From an uncultured Clostridia bacterium (GTDB lineage Bacteria > Bacillota > Clostridia > Oscillospirales > CAG-272): a stretch of 64,000 nucleotides of DNA. Position numbers and translations under genes: made by a program. The DNA lies in NCBI GenBank assembly GCA_944384585.1, contig CALWTY010000002.1, positions 27,541 through 91,540 on the forward strand. The letters run 5' to 3'. Within the stretch, counting starts at the first letter, position 1. Every line of letters starts with the position of its first letter. Below the pieces are notes generated by a model, which saw only the letters and a list, made by a program, of their open reading frames with translations, made no database searches and was not told the origin of the DNA. Below, piece after piece: positions 34,401-42,073 of this stretch.

Positions 34401-34741
34401 CTACCGAGCCCGCCGGAACCGAAGCGCCTGTAACGGAAGCTCCCGTTGAATCCGACGAGACCTCCGAAACCGAGGATGCCGCCGAGACCTCCGCTCCCGA
34501 CGCCGATCCGGAAGTGCCCGGTGATGAGGAAGAGGAGGAGGAGTACGAGTATACCAAGTATACCTCCGACAACGGCATGATCGTCAAGGTCACCTTCGAA
34601 AACGGGTATTCCTTCATCCTGAACTACAATGTCTTTGACATCACCGTCAAGGAGACCGGCGACACCGTGATCGGCGCGCTGGGTTATATCGTGATCGATC
34701 CCGACGGAGAGATCATCATCAACAGCAGAGAGGAGGCCTGA
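31415..34741 (+). CDS. large secreted protein of unknown function (DUF5696-like by recollection; possible TIM-barrel carbohydrate-active core) with an S/A/D-rich insert and a hyper-acidic tail
   Basis: Signal peptide ...LSIFPVFAADEAE. Low-complexity insert at about 32590-32810. The alternating beta/alpha region IPLYIETLGV...GINNLVYKLTGYINGG...DVYLDMDF...VSLGTIGSDL...NVMMDGGNAY fits such a core. The tail is an E/D-rich coiled coil ending in EEEEEEYEY. Confidence 0.6.
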   Translation: MSFKNKFLSALMVFCMIFGMLAGLSIFPVFAADEAESEGDGEKETIDYLNDAFESKEDKLATMEHMLTRFGYELYYEPYTAEVAVKNTKTGDILLTNPYDIGKADSASTENIKNQLLSQIIVQYTNTEGNELTIYSYVEAAQREQIKVKRIKNGIRVEYVMGRQESRLLVPQRIEKTRMEELIFANITEENRLNKLKAFYVLKDPNDETLTDQMVQEMYATFPITEKYAIYVFDPDATERERTQMEAIIKTFCPEYTYEELEYDHTLVEFESTERNPVQFRLALEYYLDESGLSVRLPANGIRFDQSAYQLSYIRILPYMGAGSSDFTGYTMIPDGSGALVRFEDILATGSPRVLSGALYGADYAYHTIKGQNQQVMRLPIFGVIEDTEYVVGDTSAGDPEDSGSAGSDSAADSSSDSAAGSSAESSAQTSAETSADTSAAASDDSAAVSGSDSASGSGTGTDTPDEVKTYKRKSGYVAIIEEGDALASIITDHGGKVQHKYNSVYTEFNPRPKDSYNLASSISVAGDATWTVVSERKYTGSYRIRYIMLSDLTYAAEHPEENIDVSSAFDTSYIGMALAYRNELLRSGALVKAESDKEQIPLYIETLGVMEVQEKFLSIPVMVKRPLTSFEDIKTITEELGAEGINNLVYKLTGYINGGMINTLPNRINVEKAAGNDDGLTDLLAFADEKDIDVYLDMDFSYAKHDKLFDGFSKKSHAVKTIDNRYTQKRTYSATLQYFTGTGLLAVSPSVFSDIFEAAEDDLQKLGVKGVSLGTIGSDLNSDFDEDDPYNREDSKQNVVKTLDKIRKAGYNVMMDGGNAYAVAYAQHVLNVALDSSNFTYASESVPMFGLIYHGYLDFAGSATNTAGDIRHEILKILENGANPYFILVYQNSEKLKEDPTLSEYFSISYENWKEDLIATYKQLNAALGPVMNSPIVGHDFVIGERVPTPEEIEADEEAERLEQEEQDRLEAEQAAEEDRKENLEDHLASKNEQATEPAGTEAPVTEAPVESDETSETEDAAETSAPDADPEVPGDEEEEEEYEYTKYTSDNGMIVKVTFENGYSFILNYNVFDITVKETGDTVIGALGYIVIDPDGEIIINSREEA

Positions 34742-34743
34742 GC

Positions 34744-35736
34744 ATGACCAATACCCCGACTATCAAGCAAAGTGCTGCGAAAAAGCAGAGCGCTCCCAAA
34801 AAGGAAGCGCCCCGCAAGATCATTTCGCTCGACAAGAAAAAGGCTCGTGCCGGCTGGCTCTTCGTCCTGCCGTTCGTGATCGGCTTCCTTGTGATCTATC
34901 TGCCGGTTATCATCGATTCGATCCGCTACAGCTTCTGCGAGATCAAGACCCTGCAGGGAGGCGGCTTCCGCCTGAACTTTGTCGGCCTTGAGAACTATAA
35001 GGAAGCGTTGACGGAAGACCCCGACTTTGTGAGAATTCTGATCTCGGGAATCAAGCAGCTTGTCTTCGATATCCCCGCAATCGTGATTTTCTCGCTGTTC
35101 ATGGCGGTTCTGCTGAACAAGAAGATGTTCGGACGCGCTGCCTTCCGTGCCATCTTCTTCGTCCCGGTTATCCTTTCGACCGGTCTGATCGCCAGCATCG
35201 ACGCCAGCAATATCTTCAACTCCCACATGGATGGGATCGGAGGAATTGATGACGGATCGGGAAGCAGCGGCGTGACGGAAATCGTGGAAATGGCGGATAT
35301 CTCATGGCTGTTCTCCAATATGGCGATCGGTACGGAGCTGATGACCTATGTTACCGATGTTGTCAACAACATCTATAACATCATCAACCGTTCCGGCGTT
35401 CAGATGCTGATCTTCCTTGCGGGACTTCAGTCCATCTCGCCGGCGATCTACGAGTCGGCCTCCATTGACGGCGCGACCGGATGGGAAACCTTCTGGAAGA
35501 TCACCTTCCCGATGGTCAGCCCGATGATCCTCGTCAATGCCATCTACACCGTCATCGACTCCTTTACGGCGGAGTCAAACAGCGTGATGCAGTATATCGA
35601 CCAGGTCTATCAGAAGGGCGGACAACAGGTGGTTTCCACTGCAATGTCGTGGGTCTACTTCATCATCGTCCTGTTGATGATCGGCCTTGTCTCCGGTCTG
35701 CTGTCGGCGTATATCTTCTACCAGAAACGTGATTGA
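34744..35736 (+). CDS. carbohydrate ABC transporter permease (MalF-like), pair 2
   Basis: EAA loop YESASIDGATGWETFWKITFPMVSPMILV. A Lys-rich cytoplasmic N-terminus and six TM helices. Confidence 0.9.
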   Translation: MTNTPTIKQSAAKKQSAPKKEAPRKIISLDKKKARAGWLFVLPFVIGFLVIYLPVIIDSIRYSFCEIKTLQGGGFRLNFVGLENYKEALTEDPDFVRILISGIKQLVFDIPAIVIFSLFMAVLLNKKMFGRAAFRAIFFVPVILSTGLIASIDASNIFNSHMDGIGGIDDGSGSSGVTEIVEMADISWLFSNMAIGTELMTYVTDVVNNIYNIINRSGVQMLIFLAGLQSISPAIYESASIDGATGWETFWKITFPMVSPMILVNAIYTVIDSFTAESNSVMQYIDQVYQKGGQQVVSTAMSWVYFIIVLLMIGLVSGLLSAYIFYQKRD

Positions 35737-35750
35737 GGGAGGGAAACTGA

Positions 35751-36821
35751 ATGAACGCTCAAACGACGGAAAACTCTCCTAAGATCAAGCGGGAGACTAA
35801 AAACAAAATCAGAGTGGAATTCGAACGGACCTCCGCCTGGACCAGATTCCGCCTTAAGTTCCTGACCGGAAATGCCTTCTGGAAGGCGCTGTGGTGGCTG
35901 TTCAGACTGATCCTGCTGCTCGGTATCTCCTATGTTATCCTGCAGCCCTTCTACACCAAGATCGCATCCTCCTTCATGAGCCGCGAGGACTTCGTGGACG
36001 TTACGGTCAAGCTGATTCCCAAGCACCCGACCCTTGATACCTATAAGGCGATCATCGCGGAATCCGGGTACTTCACGGCGCTGCTCAACACCGCGGTACT
36101 GTCGGTTTCCTGCGCGCTGATCCAGACCATCGTCTGCTCCCTGATCGGATACGGCTTTGCCAAGTATAAGTTCAAGGGATCCAAGCTCCTCTTCTTCCTG
36201 GTGATCCTCACCATGATCGTCCCCCATAAGACTCTGCATCTCTCTCTCTTCATGAAGTTCAGTTATTTCGATATCGGCTTCGGAGATTGGGGCTTGCTGA
36301 ATCTGTTGGGAGGCGGCATCAGCGAGAGCTTCAGGCTGATCAATATCACCTCGCTCAGCCTGAATAACTCCTACTGGCCTTTGATTCTCCTGTCTCTCGG
36401 CGGACTCGGCTTCAAGAACGGTCTGTTCATCTTCATGATGCGGCAGTTCTTCCGCGGCGTACCCGATGAACTGGAGGAGTCGGCTTACATCGACGGCTAC
36501 GGCCCGATGAAGACCTTCTTCAAGATCATTATCCCGATCTCCATCCCGATGATGATCACCGTCTTCCTGTTCGCCTTCTCGTGGCAGTGGACCGACAGCT
36601 TCTACACCACGACCTTCTTCACGACAACCGGCCCCAAGCTGCTGCCGAACATCATTATGATTCCGCGGTCGCTGGATACCGATTATGCCGGGAAGACACT
36701 CTTTGAAACGGCGATCCGGAACACCTGCGGTCTGCTGATTCTCTTCCCGCTGATCATCGTATACCTGTTCTGCCAGAGATTCCTGGTGCAGGGCATCGAG
36801 CGGTCGGGAATCGTGGGCTGA
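35751..36821 (+). CDS. carbohydrate ABC transporter permease (MalG-like), pair 2
   Basis: EAA loop EESAYIDGYGPMKTFFKIIIPISIPMMITVFLF, six TM helices. Confidence 0.88.
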   Translation: MNAQTTENSPKIKRETKNKIRVEFERTSAWTRFRLKFLTGNAFWKALWWLFRLILLLGISYVILQPFYTKIASSFMSREDFVDVTVKLIPKHPTLDTYKAIIAESGYFTALLNTAVLSVSCALIQTIVCSLIGYGFAKYKFKGSKLLFFLVILTMIVPHKTLHLSLFMKFSYFDIGFGDWGLLNLLGGGISESFRLINITSLSLNNSYWPLILLSLGGLGFKNGLFIFMMRQFFRGVPDELEESAYIDGYGPMKTFFKIIIPISIPMMITVFLFAFSWQWTDSFYTTTFFTTTGPKLLPNIIMIPRSLDTDYAGKTLFETAIRNTCGLLILFPLIIVYLFCQRFLVQGIERSGIVG

Positions 36822-36921
36822 AACCCTTCCATCCGATCCGACTTGCACATTCTCCTGCGGCGGACGCTGCGGAATCGAACCGACGATTTTGCAGTGTCTG
36901 TCAGGGGGAGAATGCAAGCCT

Positions 36922-36958
36922 GCGGCATTCGGCTACGGCCGGATGCCGCTTTCGTTTT
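36922..36958 (+). terminator. terminator of the ABC locus
   Basis: GCGGCAT (36922-36928) ... ATGCCGC (36943-36949) followed by TTTCGTTTT. Confidence 0.6.
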
Positions 36959-37171
36959 CCGGCGCAGCGGGAGTGAAGAGCGCGGCGGCGGTGTTTTGTG
37001 CGGTTTCCCTATTGCATTCCGACTTCAGATATGATACAATAATAAACATATTATGATTGAAGGATCGAAGCAGGGGAAGCGCCCCGACACGGGAAGCGCG
37101 CGGAGTGCGAAGCGATCCGCGCGGAACTTCTCAAAACGGAAGAGGCGCGGAGAGCGGCAGAAAGGGAAAAG

Positions 37172-37696
37172 ATGCAGGAGCTTTGGGACTTATTTGACGA
37201 AAATCGAAATCCGCTCCATCGGACCCATATCCGGGGAATGAGAATGCGGCGGGGAACTTATCATGTCGCGGTCGGGATCTGGACGGTCAATGACCTGCGG
37301 CAGATTCTGATCACCCTACGCGCCCACGAGAAGTCCGATTGGCCGGATCTTTGGGAGAATACCGCCGGATCGGTGCTGGCAGGGGAGACCTCACGGCAGG
37401 GAGCGGTGCGGGAGCTGTTCGAGGAGACCGGGATCCGGGCTGAAGAGGAGGAGCTGTTCCTCATCGGCAGCGAGCGGGGACGCAATACCTTCGGGGACTG
37501 CTATATGCTCCGGAAGAACATAAATCTTCGCGATATCGTCTTCCAGAAGGGGGAGACGGTCAGCGCCAGGTGGGTCACCCTGCCGGAGCTTGACGAGATG
37601 ATCGCCGGAGAGCTGATTGCGCCGCCGGTGGCACATCGCCTCAGCAGGATCCGCGGGCGGTTTGAGGACTTTTTGTACGGAAAAATCAACGGTTAA
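37172..37696 (+). CDS. NUDIX hydrolase
   Basis: Nudix box GSVLAGETSRQGAVRELFEETGI. Confidence 0.85.
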   Translation: MQELWDLFDENRNPLHRTHIRGMRMRRGTYHVAVGIWTVNDLRQILITLRAHEKSDWPDLWENTAGSVLAGETSRQGAVRELFEETGIRAEEEELFLIGSERGRNTFGDCYMLRKNINLRDIVFQKGETVSARWVTLPELDEMIAGELIAPPVAHRLSRIRGRFEDFLYGKING

Positions 37697-37720
37697 GTCA
37701 ACAGAAAGCGGGATAATACC

Positions 37721-38899
37721 ATGAAACGAGAAATACCTTTCGGAGGCGCGGATATACTGCTGCCCGACGCCGATTTTTACAAATGGTCGGTTGTGGCCTG
37801 CGACCAATACACCTCCGAGCCTGAATATTGGGAAAAAGCGGTGGAGCTGGTCGGGGACGCCCCCTCCTCTCTGAAGCTGATCCTGCCGGAGGTCTACCTG
37901 GAAAGGGAGGACGTTCCGAAGAGGATTGCGGCGATCAACCGTACCATGGACGAGTATCTCGAAAGCGGACTGTTCCGGGAATACCGCAACGAGATGATCC
38001 TGACCGAGCGAACCCTGTCGGACGGACGGGTGCGCCGCGGGCTGGTCGGGGCGGTGGATCTTTCGGAATATGATTATCGGGAGGGCTCCCGCTCCATGAT
38101 CCGTGCGACGGAGGGAACGGTACTGTCGCGGATCCCGCCGAGAGTGGAGATCCGTCGGAATGCGCCGCTGGAGCTTCCGCACATCATGCTGTTGATCGAT
38201 GATCCCGCGTTTACCGTGATTCCCGGGAAGGCGGAAGGAACGATCGTATATGATACCGAGCTGATGCTCGGGGGCGGCCGCCTGCGCGGCAGTCTGCTCG
38301 GCAGCGAAGGAATTGCGCAGGTACAGGAGGCGCTGGCGCGGCTGGCAGCCGATCGGGAGGAGCCGCTGCTGTTCGCCGTCGGAGACGGCAATCATTCTCT
38401 CGCGACCGCAAAAGCCTGTGCGACGGCGCAGAACCCGCTGTCCCGCCATGCGCTGGTCGAGGTGGTCAATATCCACGATCCCTCCCTCCTCTTCGAGCCG
38501 ATCTACCGTGTGGTCTTCGGAGTCAATCCCGAGGAGCTGATCGCGGCAGCCAAACGCCAATTCAGTGGCTGCACCGAGCATGCCGTTTCCTGTCTGTTCG
38601 GGGGGGAGCGGGACGCCTTTTCAGTCGACGGTCTCGCCGCCGGATCGCTTCAGACCTTCCTTGACGCTTATCTCCGCGATAAAAAAGGGGCTTCCTGCGA
38701 TTATATCCACGGGACGGCGGCGGTGGAAAAGCTGTCGTCGGCGGAGAATGCGGTCGGGTTTCTCTTCGACGGAATCGGGAAGGAGGAGCTTTTCCGCTTC
38801 GTAGAACGCAGCGGCTCCCTCCCGCGCAAGACCTTTTCGATGGGAGAGGCGCAGGATAAGCGCTATTACATGGAGTGCCGCAGGATTGCGCTTCCGTAA
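37721..38899 (+). CDS. DUF1015-family protein (by recollection of the ACDQ[FY]TS.PEYW motif)
   Basis: 392 aa and soluble, with WSVVACDQYTSEPEYWEKA near the N-terminus. The function is unknown. Confidence 0.55.
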   Translation: MKREIPFGGADILLPDADFYKWSVVACDQYTSEPEYWEKAVELVGDAPSSLKLILPEVYLEREDVPKRIAAINRTMDEYLESGLFREYRNEMILTERTLSDGRVRRGLVGAVDLSEYDYREGSRSMIRATEGTVLSRIPPRVEIRRNAPLELPHIMLLIDDPAFTVIPGKAEGTIVYDTELMLGGGRLRGSLLGSEGIAQVQEALARLAADREEPLLFAVGDGNHSLATAKACATAQNPLSRHALVEVVNIHDPSLLFEPIYRVVFGVNPEELIAAAKRQFSGCTEHAVSCLFGGERDAFSVDGLAAGSLQTFLDAYLRDKKGASCDYIHGTAAVEKLSSAENAVGFLFDGIGKEELFRFVERSGSLPRKTFSMGEAQDKRYYMECRRIALP

Positions 38900-38968
38900 G
38901 GAATGGCGCGACCGAATGGGTGATCCCGGCGATTGACCTGCGGAAAGCCCCGTGATCCCGTATCATGA

Positions 38969-38999
38969 AAGCCGCACCGCAGGTGCGGCTTTGTCTGTA
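38969..38999 (+). terminator. terminator after the DUF1015 gene
   Basis: AAGCCGCAC-CGCAG-GTGCGGCTT followed by TGTCTGTATT. Confidence 0.6.
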
Positions 39000-39166
39000 T
39001 TATCCGCGCGACGGATCCCGGAAGGCGGCTGATTGCCGGGGACCGCTGTGCGAGACCTTCTTCCACCGAGATACGACCGCTGCCGGGGGAGGAATGAAGA
39101 GAGATCGTGCGGAGGCGGGAAAAGCGTTTCTTCCGCTGCGGCGGCACTGTTTTGCGAAGATTTCTC

Positions 39167-39195
39167 TTGCAAAATGCGAAGGAATGTTATATAAT
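39167..39195 (+). promoter_or_regulatory. sigma-A promoter of ychF
   Basis: TTGCAA (39167-39172), 17-nt spacer, TATAAT (39190-39195). Confidence 0.5.
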
Positions 39196-39232
39196 AGAGT
39201 GATGATGTTAAAAGGAAAGGCTTGGAATCAAC

Positions 39233-40327
39233 ATGAAGCTCGGTATCGTCGGACTTCCGAACGTCGGAAAGAGTACGCTCTTCAACGCAATTACTAACGC
39301 CGGCGCGGAGGCCGCCAATTATCCGTTTTGTACGATAGAACCGAACGTCGGGGTCGTGGCTGTTCCCGACAAACGGCTGGATGAGCTGGCGCGGATGTAC
39401 AATCCCGAAAAATACACGCCGGCGGTGATCGAATTTGTCGATATCGCGGGACTGGTCAAGGGCGCGTCGCAGGGGGAGGGGCTGGGCAATAAGTTCCTCT
39501 CGCATATCCGCGAGGTCGACGCGATTGTACACGTCGTCCGCTGCTTTGAAAACGGCAAGATCATTCATGTCAGCGGGACGGTCGACCCGATGCGCGACGT
39601 GGAGGTCATCAATATGGAGCTGATCCTCTCGGATCTTGAGATCGTCGAGAAACGGATCGAACGGGTGAATAAGATGCTCAAGGGCGACCGGACGCTGGCA
39701 GGAGAGTTGGCGGTGCTGGAAAGACTGCGGGCGGGGCTTGACGCCGGAAAAAGCGCGCGGGCGATCGAATTCAGCGAGGAGGAGCGGCAGCTTGTCGATA
39801 CCCTTCCGCTTTTAAGCGGGAAGCCGATCCTCTATGTCGCCAATATCGGGGAGGATGAGATCAGCGGCGGTTACCGCGAGAACACCGGATATTTGGCACT
39901 GAAGGCATTTGCGGAGTCGGAAGGCTCCGGGATTCTCCCGATCTGCGCCGGAATCGAGGCGGAGATTGCCGAGCTGGAGGGAGAGGATCGGGAACTGTTC
40001 CTCTCGGAGATGGGATTGACGGAGAGCGGGCTCGATCGCTTGATCAAGGCCGGCTATACGCTGCTCGGGCTGATCAGCTATCTGACCGCAGGGCCGAAGA
40101 AGGTTCGCGCCTGGACCATTCGTAAGGGGACGAAAGCGCCGCAGGCGGCGGGAAAAATACATTCCGATTTCGAGCGCGGCTTTATTCGGGCGGAGGTCGT
40201 CTCCTATGAGGATCTCATTGCCTGCGGCTCGATGACGACGGCGAAGGAAAAAGGACTGATCCGAAGCGAAGGCAAGGATTATGTCATTCAGGACGGCGAT
40301 GTCGTGCTGTTCCGATTTAACGTGTAA
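39233..40327 (+). CDS. ychF: redox-regulated ribosome-binding ATPase YchF
   Basis: [21 protein letters not shown]...[19 protein letters not shown]...[38 protein letters not shown] and the C-terminal TGS-like ...[14 protein letters not shown]. Confidence 0.93.
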   Translation: MKLGIVGLPNVGKSTLFNAITNAGAEAANYPFCTIEPNVGVVAVPDKRLDELARMYNPEKYTPAVIEFVDIAGLVKGASQGEGLGNKFLSHIREVDAIVHVVRCFENGKIIHVSGTVDPMRDVEVINMELILSDLEIVEKRIERVNKMLKGDRTLAGELAVLERLRAGLDAGKSARAIEFSEEERQLVDTLPLLSGKPILYVANIGEDEISGGYRENTGYLALKAFAESEGSGILPICAGIEAEIAELEGEDRELFLSEMGLTESGLDRLIKAGYTLLGLISYLTAGPKKVRAWTIRKGTKAPQAAGKIHSDFERGFIRAEVVSYEDLIACGSMTTAKEKGLIRSEGKDYVIQDGDVVLFRFNV

Positions 40328-40349
40328 TTCAAATGGGAGGGATTGCGAT

Positions 40350-41045
40350 ATGAATCAAGACAACAATCAGAATCAGGACCTGAACCGGGATTCGTCCGCC
40401 GCGAACGCCGCGGGTGAACAGGGAAGCGGATCGCAGAATGCCGGAGTAGAGGGCGGCTATAACCAGAATGCCTACGGGCAGAACGCATACAATCAGAACG
40501 GATATAATCAGAATGCCTACGGGCAGGGCGGCTGCAATCAGAGCGGCTATAATCAGAATGCCTACGGGCAGAACGCATACAATCAGAACAGCTATAATCA
40601 GAATGCCTACGGGCAGAACGCATACAATCAGAACGGCTACCAGAATGCCTACGGGCAGAACGCATACAATCAGAACGGCTACGGACAGCAGGGCAATACG
40701 CAGTATTACTACTATCAGCAGAATGTTTATACCGATGAAAGCGGCCTTTTTTCGGAAAACAAGCTGATGCGCCTCAACGGTCCCTCAGCGAGCATCAAGA
40801 TCGGGGATTGGATGAAGAGCGACTGCATTTCGCTGCTCAATTTTACCTGCATTGGCTCGATTGTTGCGATCATTCTCTATTTTGTGCTTGCATTCAGCTC
40901 CAAGACCGCAAAATCGATCAGAACACGCTATCAGGCCAATCTGATCTGGAGTGCGATCGCGCTTGGCTTATGGCTGGTGCTTTTCGTGATTTTGGCGATC
41001 GCCGGACTCTCCATCTTCACGGCGGCCGGCAGCGCCTTCCGATAA
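40350..41045 (+). CDS. membrane protein with a ~130-aa N/Q/Y/G-rich repetitive (prion-like composition) N-terminal domain and two C-terminal TM helices
   Basis: GGGAGGG RBS. The (NQNAYGQNAYNQNGY)n repeats are encoded by imperfect tandem DNA repeats at about 40440-40690. These are followed by ...FTCIGSIVAIILYFVLAF and LIWSAIALGLWLVLFVILAIAGL. Confidence 0.7.
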   Translation: MNQDNNQNQDLNRDSSAANAAGEQGSGSQNAGVEGGYNQNAYGQNAYNQNGYNQNAYGQGGCNQSGYNQNAYGQNAYNQNSYNQNAYGQNAYNQNGYQNAYGQNAYNQNGYGQQGNTQYYYYQQNVYTDESGLFSENKLMRLNGPSASIKIGDWMKSDCISLLNFTCIGSIVAIILYFVLAFSSKTAKSIRTRYQANLIWSAIALGLWLVLFVILAIAGLSIFTAAGSAFR

Positions 41046-41139
41046 GCGCGGAGTGCTTCCCGGCGGTGGAGGACCGTTGAGCCCGGAACCCGACGTCCGA
41101 CATCCGATCCGCGTTTCGGTCGACGGCATCCACTTCGGC

Positions 41140-41166
41140 AGAGGGGGAATTCCCCCTCTTTTTTTC
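41140..41166 (+). terminator. rho-independent terminator
   Basis: AGAGGGGGAA/TTCCCCCTCT perfect palindromic hairpin followed by T7. Confidence 0.8.
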
Positions 41167-41313
41167 GTGCCGGGGCTGCCAGCGGAAGATTCTTATATTA
41201 TCCGAAGAAAATTCACTCACAGTTCACACATCACGGGCAAAAACATGATATTATGAATATAGTTAAAAATCAAACGAAGTTAATAATTGGCGATAGCCGG
41301 AAAGAGGTAGAAC

Positions 41314-42003
41314 ATGGGAACCAAGATATTGGTAGTGGACGACGAGACAGGCATCTGCGACCTTCTGAAGATATATTTTGAAAAAGAAGGCTACGAGGTC
41401 AAAACCGCCAACGACGGCGTAGAGGGAATCAATTATTTCAAGATGTACGAGCCCGATCTTGTGCTGCTCGACATTATGCTGCCGAAGAAGGACGGCTGGC
41501 AGGTCTGCCGCGAAATCCGGGAGATTTCCTCCAAGCCGGTGATCATGATTACCGCAAAGGGCGACGTTTTCGATAAGGTGCTGGGGCTGGAGCTGGGCGC
41601 CGACGATTTCGTCGTCAAGCCCTTCGATATGAAGGAGCTGTCGGCCAGGATCAAGGCGGTTCTGCGCCGCTCCTCCTCTCACAACAATCAGAGCGACGAT
41701 GAGGCGATCAAGTTCGACAATATCGAGATCAGCCGTCAGAAGTACGAGCTGAAGCTGCGCGGCAAGCCGGTAGATATCCCTCCGAAGGAGCTGGAGCTGC
41801 TCTATTTCCTCGCGTCGAACTACAACCGCGTCTTTACACGCGATCAGCTTCTTGATAAGGTGTGGGGCTTCGATTATCTCGGAGATTCGAGAACCGTCGA
41901 CGTCCATGTCAAGCGCCTCCGCGAAAAGCTGGAGGGCGTGTCGGACAAGTGGGTGCTCAAAACGGTCTGGGGCGTCGGCTACAAGTTCGAGCTGCTGCCT
42001 TGA
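41314..42003 (+). CDS. OmpR-family response regulator
   Basis: ILVVDDE...DLVLLDIMLPKKDGW...ITAKG...GADDFVVKPF (receiver domain) and a winged-helix C-terminus ...RTVDVHVKRLREKL...TVWGVGYKF. Confidence 0.92.
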   Translation: MGTKILVVDDETGICDLLKIYFEKEGYEVKTANDGVEGINYFKMYEPDLVLLDIMLPKKDGWQVCREIREISSKPVIMITAKGDVFDKVLGLELGADDFVVKPFDMKELSARIKAVLRRSSSHNNQSDDEAIKFDNIEISRQKYELKLRGKPVDIPPKELELLYFLASNYNRVFTRDQLLDKVWGFDYLGDSRTVDVHVKRLREKLEGVSDKWVLKTVWGVGYKFELLP

Positions 42004-42073
42004 GGAGAGCGCCGGAGCGGATACCGCTTCGGCGCTTTCGGTGTGAAAAGAGGCGGGAGAAAGGACGCGGATC

